From assembly GCA_051294905.1 (NCBI GenBank), contig CM119378.1, positions 15,376,001-15,440,000 on the forward strand: a stretch of DNA of 64,000 nucleotides. The letters run 5' to 3'. Below, one piece after another: positions 10,980 through 24,400 of this stretch; position 1 is the first letter of the stretch, and every line of letters starts with the position of its first letter. The notes below the pieces were generated by a model that saw only the letters and a list, made by a program, of their open reading frames with translations, was not told the DNA's origin and searched no databases. This stretch comes from Botryllus schlosseri. Lineage: Eukaryota. The position numbers and the translations under genes are program-made.

Positions 10980-12584
10980 GTAGTACCGCGGTACTGTACA
11001 ACAAGTTACTAGTCTGCGCTCGAAATTATCGGACCACGATATCCCATATCTATATCTCCCACATACTAGGATATGCCACCTAATTTTCATGTTATTTTAT
11101 ATTCTGTTAGTTTTAAGCAAGTGGTTCATCATGACCATTTTACATGTTGGATTTAGGCTTACGTGTTCAAGGTCAAAGTGGGTTGTTTGATGTCGTCTTG
11201 GCTAATTCCTACCGATGGCAATCTTGTGATTATTATGAAATTATTGAGTAAGTAAGCCAAAAACGTCATTGCGAACGCTTCGCCCGCCTAGTTCGGCCAA
11301 GTCACGGTCGGATTACGCCTGGTCATGGAAACACGGCCGACATGTACAACGCATGCGTCATGGCCTTTCGGTCGTCCGTCGGCCGTGCATGGAAACGAAG
11401 TATATGATTCTACCTTCCAAAGAGCCATACATGTCAGTCAACTGTAAGTCACAATTCGTGATGTCATGGTAACACAAATTTGAACTCAGTACATGGAATT
11501 CGTCGTGTGCGCCATATTTACTCTTCAAAAACTCGTACTAATCATGCTGGTTCCCTTATTTGAGCAAATGAGCATGCGAAACTTGTGTTACATACATCTT
11601 TTGTAAGTTCTTGGTAATTGTATTACAATGAGAACCGTATGGCCAGGGGAGGCAGTGAGGCAGTGTTTCACCTGTCGTCGGGATTAGAGAAATAAAATTT
11701 TGAAACCTTCAATGAATTATTGGTATTTTCTATCGATATTCAAGAATGGCTACATTTTGAACATTTTTATTCATAAAGTCACGCCATTTGCGTATTTATT
11801 GTTCGAAAAAGCGCTAAAGGAGAGGTAGGCACAGGTGAGGCATGGACGGACCAAACCTCACCTGTGATAGCACAAATCCTCTTAAATATCTTAGAATATA
11901 TGATAACTGAAAATAATCGAATGCAATCGTTGCACTAATTCCGAAAATCTAAATATCGATCGACTTCCCAATTCTCAAAGTATTCGGCGGTAACATAACG
12001 TTGTACTATACACGCCTACATTTTAACGGCAGTGCTACTAAGCTACTTAGTAATCAAGAACGTGGATGGCTATATGGCGTTGTGTCTTTGTATGTAATAT
12101 GAATTTGTAATTGTGAGTGTCACTTTCATCGCAGTTCATTTTTCGCCGTAGATAGGGAAGACAATATGTATTTGAAAACAGCATTGTCATAGAGACGTCG
12201 CCATGTCTGCTATTCTTTTTGATCAACGTATCGTGCAAACCAAGATGTCGAGGCGGTCGCCGTCGCGATCGCAACTTAAATTTGATTATTTTGAAGAGTG
12301 GGGTCCGAGCCCCTGACCCTAAATACGTCACTGTCTTGACCTCTCAATGTGATGTTTATACTGCAATGAGAATAATTATTCTGACCGTGGTGAATAATTA
12401 TTATCAAGTTCCTGCATATTGATAAATTAAGTACAAAAATTAAACAGTTGACAAAAGAGCCATATCTTATACCCAAAAGAGCCATATATGGCTCGCAAGA
12501 CATAGGCTCCCGACCACTGGCCTATAGCATTCTAAATGATGCCAAACTCATTTAGGAATATCGATACGGCATATTGGTAATGTT

Positions 12585-15500
12585 TTATCCCACACGGGTC
12601 TGTCTACCAAAGATGCATTGAACGCGCGGATCTCCAATCAGAACAAATCCCGGATCACAAGAGAAGTAGCAGTAAGTGCCCACGCTTCCCGACCCTACGC
12701 GTACTCGCGCTCCATTATTTAGACCAGCAAGCTCCTCACAGCGACCTGTAAGTAGAGAAACTCCATAATGAGATTTACATCTGTATATATTTTCAGCAAA
12801 CATGACTAATCTTTCACAACTATTATAGCGCGCACTCCAGAAATGATTAGATTTCCTCACGTCCGCATATTGGTGGATCAGCAGACCATCCAGTGGAATT
12901 GTTGCACGTAATTACGGCGTCTCCAATTAGTCGCACCCCGTCCGGACAGAAGTAGGTACATACGACCCCGTCTCCACTGCTTATACACGATTTTCCTCCC
13001 CGTTGAGATCCCATTGGGATATTATTACAAGGATGTCCTTGCCGATTTTTAGACGGCAAAGTTGCATGTGTATTCTTCGGCTTTCCTGGGACTGTCAACA
13101 ACAGGTTGTACTCGATCAGTTACAATTTCAGGCTAATAGGGTTGCCATACGTTCGGACATGTCCGTAATTTCAGTGTTGAAACTGCGTCCGGGAGGAAAT
13201 GCTAAAATATGCTTAAATGTCCGGAATTTTTCAGACTTGAAAGGAGCTGAAAATTTTTTCGTGAATCAACATAAACAATAACTTTTTCTGTGGCAGATTT
13301 ATGCTACTTGAAATTTTTCTTCGCGCCATGCGCGATTTAGTGTCCCCTGCACTCGCAAAAAATACAATAAAAATATTTACAAAAATAACCTTCATTTGCG
13401 GAAATTAATCGCAATTATGAGAGACGATAAATATTCCTAGTGTCGATTAAGGCCGTTTTGATGCTTCAGTCAAAGACGTTGATTCTCAACCTGGGGATCA
13501 TTTGCCTTTTTTCTGGGGATGTTGAACGTAATCAGCTTCCAAAATAGGCCGTGAGCAAGTCTGGGCAAAGGTGCTGACCGGCTTAGGTCCCGTGCTGACC
13601 TTTTTCAGTACTCAACTCACCTCACAAAATTTCGAGGTGAGCTATGGAACATTTTCAAATTAGAATTGAAGTCGCGATCATAAAAGGTTCGAAACCACCG
13701 GATGTGCAACCTACTGGTGCGGACCGGCATTTCGGCTCATGAATATAGTTTTATACGTGTGACATGGACAAGACTTATCGATGTACAATTATCCAGGGTT
13801 GTAATGACTCGAGTCATTTTCTCAAAATCCAGCAATGACTCGACTCGAGTCAATCTGTGTAATGACTCGACTTGGACTCGAGTCATTGCGAATGACTCGG
13901 ACCAAGTCATATGATTCGAGACTCAGGCGGCCAAGACCGACATTTCATTGTAATTTCGAAGAATAGTACTCTAACCACACTATTGGTATTTCATCTATTT
14001 GTAGCGGTACGTGAAAATGCGACCAGAAAATGTTAAAAGGGAGAAAAATTAGTATATAAATGCGAACCGTTGGTTATCACCAAACAGTTTTAAAAAGTGG
14101 GTTAAACAAGACTTTAACTGGAAACTGAGCAGTCAATTTATTGGCTTGGACTCGAACTTGGGTCATAATACCATGACTCGGACTCGACCCTCTGCTCGCT
14201 GACTTGTACTCGGATGTGACTCGGTGGCAAATTGAAAATGACTCGACTTGACTCGAGTCACAACTATAAAGGTGAGATTGACTTGTGACTCGAAGCCTTG
14301 TGACTTGATTATAACCCTGCAATTATCGTCCCTGCATTATCGAAGTCATCACCTCCACCAGCTCTACCGCTATAACTCTAATCACGTGGGCGGAGAGAGG
14401 ATTATAATATTATATAATATATCTAAGAACCAATGGTAATAACAGATTTCATTCACGAAATTTAACAATTTTTCGCGCTCGGCACGAATAGTAACCAGAG
14501 GCAAGCCCCTAAGAAGTAGAGTTTATCACCCTATGGTGACCCCAGACCAGAAGTTTTTTTTGGGTGGAAGGGGGCTGACAAAGTGTTGTTTCGGTCCTGG
14601 TTACAATATGTAGGCCTAACAACCACAGAACTGTGCCGACCAAACAGTGTTTACAGCAGCCAGGGTGTCAAACATACGACCAACCAGATACTTTTATACG
14701 GGTCGTGAAGAAGTTTATTGCAGACCATATGTGAGAATGCCAACCATATAGCATTCACCAGAGATCAAATTAGAGATGACCCAATAACATGAGAGATAAT
14801 TCACGGCCTATGCCTAGAAATCCTCTCATCTTTACAATCGATAGGCAAAGCATTGATAGTGTGACATCAAATTGACAGACAATGTGTTTATACCTCATTT
14901 TAAAATCGACTAGCAAGCGCTAAAGAGTATCCGGATTTTGAACCACAAAAATAATGTAACCATAGGCTAAGGCTCACGGGCATCCTATATAATATCACCT
15001 GTGAATGAAATTATGGGCGATTCTGTAGTATTTCCTTCGACTGGAGCAGCTACACACGTCGGAGTGGGGCTGAAGAATGGCCTCAATCTTCTTTTGATTC
15101 TTCTACACGTACTTACGCTGTTGCCTTTCATGGCGTAACCTGTTTACGGCAGGTATACAAATGGAATTATAGATTCTTCGAATATATTATATAGACGTCA
15201 AATTATCATCCTTTTCATTTGGCAGCTACGACGTGTTGAGCTGCGTCACCATAGTTATAAAGATAGCGATCCTTCCAGGATCTATGAGTCACAATTAATT
15301 TGAATAACAAATGAGAATGGCATTTATTAGAATGACAAATAATAATTCAAGTTCAGGTCGGTCGGTTTTGTTTGACTGATAACTCGTTTGAATGACAGAT
15401 GATTCGAGTTCATGTGTAGGTCGGTTTCATTTAAGTGACAATGCCTATAATCGACATTCGAGCAGATGTATTCTCCTTCTAATTTTTCGGACGACTCAAG

Positions 15501-18500
15501 TATGTTTTGCCTACCTACACTACTTGATCATGTGGTTACGTATTTGGACTACTTACACTTCTACTTATAACAGTTTTTCAGTAAAACACGTTGAATTTTG
15601 TAAAGTAAGAAAGTAGTTTAGGATATGTAACCATCATCAGAGGTAGTCATTTACGAAGTATTTCTACTTCTATCTTCCAGCTTTCAGTTTCCGAGGCAAA
15701 ACTAGGCATTGAATACTTACTTTTTCAATTACTTAGAAGCCGTTACTTCCACGTCTATACTTGAGTACGAACGGTGACTACTCTGGCCAATGGCCACCTA
15801 TGTCCATCATTTTTATGAGTAATATCGTTCTAATGACTGGGCGAAATAGCTCATCGCTGTTTTATTCCTCCTACTACTCTCAACATCAACATCTTAATTA
15901 TTCTTAGCGGTTTCAAATGTTTCATCGTTCCACGGCACAAATGTTTTTTTGCATATCTGGACTTTATGTATAAAGTAGACGTAGCCTACTTAATGTTGCG
16001 CCTTTCCCGAAACAGCTATTTTGGGGTGTCTGAACTTGCGAGCAAAGCATAAACTCATGATGAATGAATAATTTTCCATCGTTTGGTGATTACAAATTTC
16101 TATATCTATACCTGTATAGTCTGATGGCCACAAATGAAGCAAAGGCTTGCTAAACCAATACTTATACAAATACGTACATATAGAACTCTGCACATTTGCA
16201 GTGTGCAGCAGTGTGCGATGTTCAGTGGATATTGTATATTATCATAGCCGGACTTGTACTACTGGATTTTCAAAATGCGCAACTAGAACTAGAACTAGAA
16301 TTATACTCACTATTTTAAACTCGCAACTATAGAGATACAACTACTCACTTTTCAAAATCCGCAACTAGAACGAGAACTAACGACCTTTGAAAATCCGCAA
16401 CTGTATCAACCACAGAACTATACCGGCGTTCCCAGACGCACACGTAATACATAGTAATGTAATAAATGTGTAGTGAGATGTGGAATGCGGTAGATTTTTG
16501 TTCTTGTGACTCAGTGAAAATTACGGGTTTCTCGAAAGCTTACATATGTGTGTAATTGAATAGTATATTCATATTAAAATGAACCCGAATATTTTCTGCT
16601 GACACTCGTCAGCGATAATCATCAGCAACTAGTAGAGAATAAATATGTGTGTAAGAATTCCCAGGTTATTAAAGGTTAAGAATCGCACTGAACTAGAGTT
16701 AATTCTAGAAATAGAACTACTCGTTTTTCAATATCCGAAGAGCTTCTTGTAGGCACAGAACTTCAATATACAATTGAATAATATATTCATATTGAAATGA
16801 ACCCGATTATTTTCGGGTGACACTCGCCAGCGGTATTCGTCAGCAACTAGTAGAGAATTGGAAAGAACGCTGTAGCCTATATCAACAATCGTATCTCGAA
16901 ATATGACGTCACCAGCATGAAATGAGGTCTGAAATAAAATAGCTGAAGAGCTTCTTGGAGGTACAGAACTTCAGTATACAATTAAATAGTATATTCATAT
17001 TGAAATGAACCCGAATATTTTCGGCTGACACTCGCTTGTATGTTCTTTCCAATTCTCTACTAGTTGCTGACGATTACCCCTGACGAGTGTCAGCCGAAAA
17101 TATTCGGGTTCATTTCAATATGAATATACTATTTAAAATAAAATAGCGCTCAATGTACTATTTTAAGACGGTACACGAATTCCTTTTGTTGACAAAGCTT
17201 GGGCTGATGTATTTTGATATGATTTTCAATATCCGCAACTAAAACAAGGACTATTACTAAAAAAACGTTAGTTAGTTGACTGTCAACAAACTATATGGAA
17301 AGTTTTTACATGTACTAGTATGATCAATTGATCATGGCATATCAATTCAACCTCTGATATGGAATATATCAAATGTTAGTTTGAGTATATTTTTAAAGTT
17401 CAGCTCGAGTGTCAATCGCGTCTCGAGGTCAAATTTAATCTGGCTTGCAGCGTTTGTCATAGAATGGCGCTTACTGCTAGAGACACGAACAGCTATTGCT
17501 TGCGAGGCAAGGTAATATATAGGGATACGATCCTGATGTCCAAACATGGAACACGAGTTTTGGGAACACAATAGAAATTGCGTATGATGCTGCTCGAAAC
17601 AACTTAATTTATATATGTCACTCAAACTATAGATAACTAACCTTCGTAGGTTAGTTATCTATACTACTACGTAGGTTAGTTATCTATACTACTACGTAGG
17701 TTAGTTATCTATACTCAAACGAATAGAACGACAATTTTAGATGCGTCACTTAAAAACTCTCGATTACGTCACTTGCAGTTGATCGCTCATTCAGGGAATA
17801 TCGCAATCCATTTGGAAGTATATAGCAGGCGCTACGAATCACCAAGTTGTATAGGATGGGATTGGAATTCTCTCTGCGTTATGCCTCAGCATGGACCGGC
17901 TCCGGGATCCACATTTTGCGGAGTAGCAACTGGAAGTTAAACTAGCCTATATGTAGCCGTCAGGTTGGCAATTTAGAGTTTTTAGAAAATCATATATGAG
18001 CCGCTGGAAATTTGTGACTCCAATGACCAGCACGTTACATATGATCGAGATTATTGGTTACGGTCATGAGCAGGACAGATCTTGACAAAATCAACAACAT
18101 CCATAACATGCATGCATACATACCGAATTCACAAATGAACTGACAACTCGATCCAATTTCTCCTAGAAAATTTGTGAATGTGCATTCCATCTCGCCGTGA
18201 ACAGGCGCGATTGGCTTCTTAACACATCGGTTCATTGGCCTACTGCGTCCTGATAATAATGTTACAAAACAATCAGTGCTTTTCCAAATGTACGTGACAA
18301 TGAACCAACCTATGTTGACATCCCCTTGACACCAATTTTTTTTCTTGTGACATTCTAATCCACTGCAGCAGCATCGACAAACCGAATTCGGTCGCCTTTT
18401 CCGACATTGCAATTTATTCTATAGTGATATGCGTAGGGTTATACACATGTCCATTACAGCCGCAACCCTAAACCCATAATTGGCAGGGGGGGGGAGCTCG

Positions 18501-20324
18501 AACTGACACAAAATTATTTCGTAAATCAAAATAATGTCGAATATTTTTCGGCAGAATTATCTGCCTAAATATCTTTCTTCAAGTCTCGCGCGATTTAGCG
18601 TCACCAGTTTTATGGATTTTAGCATCAGTGCCTAAAAAAACTAAAACTAATAACCACAAAAACACATAAGTTACCGAAATGAGTCTAACTGTATTCGCAA
18701 TTTTGAGAGAGAGGTATATTCTTGATGGTGCTTGAGGACGCAGGGATGCTTTAGTCTAGGGGTGTAAACCTGCTGGTCCGGGACAATCAGGCATACAGGC
18801 ATTTCGGCTCATGAGAGTCATGAATAGTATTGAAGATGTGGCATGAACATGATTAAGCTGTACAGTAGAGTTGATAAAAAATAACTCTTTTTTTCCGGAT
18901 TCCAGTAATTCACTGCTTGAATTGTCAGGTTACCCTACAAAGGGCTGCTCACCAAATTTGGTTCTATTCTAACTACTATAAGCCGCTAGAGACCCAATTA
19001 AAATTTTTAATTTATTATTATTATTTTCTGTCAACACCATGAAATTGTGGAGTTGTCTTCAAAAACGATGCAGAACAAATTTGACTCGATTCCAACCATA
19101 GAAGCGAAGTTATTAGTGCTTTTCATTCATAATTCTGGGAATACCCACCGCATGGCCTACTAAAAACTAGTAGACCATGCCCACCGTCAATGCTATTTTT
19201 GGAAATTCAGAACTTTCAACTGCACTTCTACAGATTGGAATTGAGTTAAATTTGATTTGCATCGTTTTTGAAGACAGCTCAACAATCTTATGAGGCTGAC
19301 AGAAAAATTAAAAAAAGATCAATTTTTCATAATATATTAAAAATTTAAATTGACTCTGCGGCGGCTTATATTCGTTAGAATTTAATTAAATTTGGTGTGC
19401 ACCGTTTTTTAGGGTAGCCTGACAATTTAATCAGTGAATCACTGGAATCTGGAAAAAGGTATTTTTGAACAACCCTACTCCATGCTTGCATGCTGACCTG
19501 AAGTTTGTCATTGTTGCAGGCTTGAGACTGTTTGCAACTTTTGGTGATCATTGATCTTCCTCGAAACCCACTGTGGTATCTTATTTCCGTTGCGCAAACC
19601 ATCTGCATGAAGAAATTAGGCTATCAACCCACGGTTGAGCGGAAAGTATTGTGCTGTATAACGCGGATGTGACCCAATATCTCGAACCGTAGGGCAGGCA
19701 TCGTTTCTCCACGACGTGATTGTTCGTCACAAGGCCAATTCTCCACGGGACAAAATTTGGGATGCTTTTGGGCGGTTCCGGGACCATGAGCAAAATAAAA
19801 TACATACGTTCAAAATCAACCCGCAGTAGCTTTCAGTTAATGCCGGGCTTATCAAATTGTGCAGTTGTGCACCCGTTCAGAAAGGGCTATAGGTGCCCTC
19901 ATTCTCTTTGAGCAGATGGAGATAGCCAGCGAGCTGTGCAAAGTGCTTGTGTCTGCGCACCTGGGAATGATACCATGATGCAACTAATACTTACTTCTTG
20001 ATCAGATTGGCAAGTTATTATTTCGCCTTTCTGTACGCATTCGTCAACGGAACGAGCGTTCGTGCATCTAAGACAGTCCAATCCTACACAGGCAAGATGC
20101 AGAGATTTATAAAAATGATGACACTGATTTTTATAATTAGATACAATCCATGTTTTAGCTATTTCTTATGTCTTGGCCGAACGTTGAACAGACCTCTGGG
20201 CGGCATCTATCATGGAATGATTTCTAAAAATAATTGAATTATTTCAAAGCTCACCGTCAACATCGCTGAACGTAAACAAAAATCCAACAAGAAACGTTAT
20301 TGTAGTTGTACAACACGGCCTCAT
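12585..20324 (-). CDS. Secreted LU (Ly6/uPAR three-finger) plus sushi/CCP protein, 8 exons, about 341 aa (signal peptide, LU, 2 complete and 1 truncated CCP)
   Basis: Exons (minus): 20324-20255, 20083-19995, 19602-19498, 18418-18310, 18249-18124, 15139-14999, 13085-12861, 12745-12585. Total 1026 nt, phases consistent. Motifs LDCLRC..ECVQKG..TC..ITKSCKQ..CRCCCSGLECH, then GSSCQFICEFGYAMKG and CTYFCPDG..WSADPPIC. The 3' end is uncertain. Confidence 0.82.
13794..14319 (-). mobile_element. hAT-type MITE, TIR CAGGGTTGTAA
   Basis: Perfect 8-bp TSD CAATTATC. Opposite orientation to the copy at 7855. Confidence 0.9.
16545..17135. repeat. Three direct copies of a 90-130 bp core spaced about 210 bp apart, followed by one inverted copy
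   Basis: Core ATAGTATATTCATATTGAAATGAACCCGAATATTTTC.GCTGACACTCG.CAGC at about 16560, 16780 and 16985. Reverse complement at 17041-17135. Confidence 0.8.
17628..17713. mobile_element. 86-bp family A hairpin relic with two extra 25-bp right-end duplications
   Basis: 36-bp palindrome plus 2x(CTACTAC-GTAGGTTAGTTATCTATA). Perfect 7-bp TSD CTCAAAC (17621-17627 / 17714-17720). Confidence 0.8.
18966..19381. mobile_element. Pogo/Tigger-like foldback MITE (long imperfect TIRs ATTCTAAC..TATAAGCCGC)
   Basis: About 170-bp imperfect inverted arms. The termini resemble pogo-type TATAAGCCGC ends. No clear TSD. Confidence 0.6.
19151..19179. mobile_element. 29-bp TIR-only hairpin relic (family B, CATGG..CCATG)
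   Basis: CATGGCCTACTAAAAACTAGTAGACCATG with perfect 7-bp TSD CCCACCG. Confidence 0.78.
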
Positions 20325-21421
20325 ATTTTCCACGACCTGCATCTTTTCCTCGCAATTTAGAAGTAAATAAATGGGCTTCTCGCAGTTGATGTCTTATGTG
20401 AGAGTCTACGTGACTCAGGGTGATCTCGAACGAATTGATTACTTCCGACTTGTGTCCAAATACGAGTCGAAGCTATTCGGTAGTGATTCAGAGATGAATA
20501 GGATTTCTACGCGAAGACATTCGCGGCGGAATCACGTGGTTGACCCGTGTGCGTACGATTGAACGTATGTCACGTGGCTTCATACCCTAATGTTGAGAGT
20601 AGCTAGTCTTCAATCCGTTGTGACATCACCTGCATAATAACTCCATTCCGTTTACAATTCAAAATTATCGACAAATTGTTTTGTAACATTTCATCGCGGA
20701 ACCAGGGAAGCTTTCGACGCAATTTAAACATAATGTCTCGTCGGATCATAGGTTTTGTGAAGTATGGCATAATTAGTTCCAGGATATCACAGTTTTGTCA
20801 TATTTTCTGCTGTCCATTGTAATGATAAGATCGAAGTAGAATATTCATGGACAATCAGTCACGCAGGTATTCATAAACACATGACATTAAGTGCTGAGAA
20901 TTCAATGTCAATTCTGTATACCTGGCATGTATCCAACGGCATATGCTTTAGAAACACTCAGCACCAACGCAGCGCAAAATTCACAAGAAGTGAAGATGTA
21001 GGTTTACAGTTCCGCGACACGTGGCGCTTTGCCTTGATTAATACTCCCAGAATAATTTGTCATTTATTTGGTGATAATTAGAATTCACAGTAATAATAAT
21101 TTTACTATAAGAATGTGCGATCGTGGATTTATCGTGAATAATATTTGATATCACTTGATTACTGTACTATGGTTGGACGAGTATTCATTTAAATTTAATA
21201 CAAACGCAAAATCGGCGATCCTTCTTAATATAACGTCAAACCGTTGCTGTAACGGGATATCAGACGAAAATGCAGGTTTAAATGCTATAGGCTACTGACG
21301 ATACCACAGGCAAAGCTATCTCGCCTTTTTCTTATCACACATGACTTTCATAAAATGAATGGTCGAGTGTTGTTGGATCTTGGGCTGTCGGTATTGGTGT
21401 CGGTTATTTAAGGATTCCATC
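20325..21421. promoter_or_regulatory. Shared divergent promoter region of the two LU-sushi paralogues
   Basis: ATGs at 20324 (-) and 21422 (+) are 1.1 kb apart with no TE recognised between them. Geometry only. Confidence 0.5.
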
Positions 21422-24400
21422 ATGAAGTTGGTCGTGTGCGTACTTGCCTTGTTGAGCGTCCTCGAAAAAGGTAAGTGGAACATGCTGCATTTCTCATCAT
21501 TTTGCGTGTTGTTGTTACTGTTGTTTGTTAAACAACAAATTTGGTGCCTATCACCTGATGATCTTTTGCACCACGGTCGTGAATCATGTTAATCACATAA
21601 AATGTAGTTACGCTAAATAATTCCATATTACTGTAAATCCTTTCAACAACAGGGCTTGCACTGAAATGCTGGACCTGTAATCGTGCTTTGACGAACGAAG
21701 AATGTCAGATTAAGGGTTCAATCGCCACTTGTAAGCCAAATCAAGTAAGTTTAAATATGGGAAACTTGAACATCATCGGGGATATTTTTATGCTATACCA
21801 TGAGGTCGATTACATTCCGGTGCCATTATTTATAGGAAATCTTTCTCTGAGAGCCTATTTTCCAATTTCAAAGGAAAATCGACAAGACAGGCAACGCGAT
21901 TGCATATCAGCTTGCAAAATGTAATTATATAATAGAATAAATGCAACTATGCAATAGCTAGAACTATGGTTCCGCAATCATGTCACGTGCTGTGTTGGCG
22001 AGTATACTTTTTTAAATAAATACTAAAACAATAACATATTACTTGCTTCTGTGACATAGTATCCGATAGTGAGCCACGGTATCACTGTTGAAGTTTGTAA
22101 ACATAATTTAACCGACAACATCGGGTGAAAAGAGGATACGAAATGGCAATAAATAGTTCTAAATCTCGATAAACCAGATAAACAAGATGGTTGCCGTAGG
22201 CAAGGAAACAAGTTTAGTACGTCATCCGTTTGTGGTGGCAATATATCTGACACCTCGGGTTGCAATATTATCCGTCGCAAAGCCCAACAACGCACTGGCA
22301 AAGCCTTCTGTTGTGGTCGGTAGTTTATTTTAAAGTCCGATCGTTTGATGCTAAACGCGATGATATTTCAGCATCCGTTCATCCTTTAAATTACTCTTAT
22401 TCACACCTTTGATGGATGTGAATGCTTTCACGATGTCACTTCTTTCACAGGCTTGCGTAAATCAAGAAACCACCAGCGTCGACGGATCGAGATATCAGAT
22501 TACGAAGCGCTGCCAGAATAAGCAATTCGAAGCGTGCCGTCTCAATGATCGAAGGGTATGAATCCTAGAAAGTTGTCTTTAACTGTACAGTGTACATGAT
22601 GATAATTTTTGGCGTCATTGTTACGCAGAACCCGGGAAATTTCCGAACGTTCTGCAAGCAATTTCCTAAGAATACTATCTGTTCATGCTGCTGCGACACG
22701 GACCGCTGCAATGGCCCGCAGGTTGAATGCAAAAATGGTGAGTGATGTCACGTTACCGTAACATGCTCTGTCGGGTCGGGAAACTATATGTGGATCGCGA
22801 GTCAAATATGGCTCATTTGATGATGGCGAATGCGATTAGAAGAATAGAAGTCAACAATTTTCAAGTGGAGCAATGGCATGACAATCTTTTGTATAAATTG
22901 TCAAGAGAAAACTTACATCCGTATAGACGGTCGTTGCACGTTATGTTACATATTTCATCGTGAAGTAGCCAAACTATAACTCGACCACCGGTGTAAGCTT
23001 GGTATACACGCTAAATCAATTGTTTTGGCAGGCGGACCAAATAGATATAACAACTCATTCGGTATTGGTAACGGCGATACGTAATAATCATATGACGAAC
23101 TGAAAGCAAATCGTGTTAAATGTCAGGATATGCATATTTTGGTGCTATTTTCAGAAGTGGTCACAGTAGTCAAGAAAGCTACTCAAGTAAAAATAGAAGT
23201 GGCGAAACTAAAATCTACTCAAGTACGAGTAGAAGTTGTCCTTTCAAAAGCATCCTAAAACTACTTCAGGTAGAAGTAGCGACGCTGAAATCTACTTGAG
23301 TAAGCAAGTAAATAAGTATAGTGAAAAGCAGTCGTAAATACACTCTTATGGGCAGTCAAAAGCCGGAAACTGAGCACTTCGAGCGGTACAGAGAGCTGGA
23401 TTCGTGCTGCTCAGTACAAAGTTTCCACAGATTAGAATTAGACCGCATAGTGGGATGCAAATAATAGTTTTGCTTTGGAGAAGCGGCTCTTAACTTTTGT
23501 TTACCCTTGTACAGTTCAATTTCAAATAATGTCATGGAATTGTACCCTCCGCCTTATTGTAAGGCCTGTAGTTCACGCGAAAAGCAATACGGAGTTGTAT
23601 CAAAAACGGCATTACCGATTTGCGCGGTGATTGTTACGTGAAACAACATAGCTCGTAAAATGCCATTTAATTTTACTTCGTAATTTTAAACAAAAGAACT
23701 CAGATTAATTAGAAGACCTCTCTGTAACGATACCGTGCATATATTTGATATATTTGATATAATTTGTCCATACAGTTTCAACGGTGGTTGACGCTCGACG
23801 GTCTAACGCTAAAAAGTCAAGTACTACTTTTCCCCTATTTGAACACTCGCTTTACGGCTAGAATGCTAGATTACGATTAGATATTCCTACTTTTTTTTCC
23901 GAGCCACATTGTCTGTGATGAAACATATCATATGGGTGACAATACAGTATGAAATTAACCTGCTATCTAAATGATACTGACCATCACTTCCGTGAAAATA
24001 TACTTGTTATTCAATTTATATTTTGCGCGGAGCACGACGAAAATTCTGAACTTTCCTTAACTTTTGTGATAGTTACATTATTGTCGGTACTCCCAGGAAA
24101 AAAAGACCCTAAATTTCTCCTTCTCATTCTCTCTCTCTCTTTCATTGAAAGAATATAATACTTCTACTTCACAAACTGTTGATAAGTATATAAGTAGCGA
24201 AAAATTAGGTCAACTTGAGTAAGTACTGGAAGTAGATCAAAACTACTTGTGTACTTAAAAAAGTAGAAGTACTTCGTTACTGACCACCTCTGGTTATTTT
24301 GGCCCTTCATTCAGTTATTTTGTATTTTGTTACACTATATACCTTGTTCGTATTACATTCCTTGTCTGGTCCACATTTAAACTACCACTTGTAGCATATA

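Noticed and set aside
16545-17135. CRISPR-like array; also the GAGTC-rich repeats at 5240-5360 and 7860-8410
   Set aside because: Eukaryotic context, no constant repeat/unique spacer periodicity and no cas genes. The GAGTC repeats are MITE subterminal motifs.
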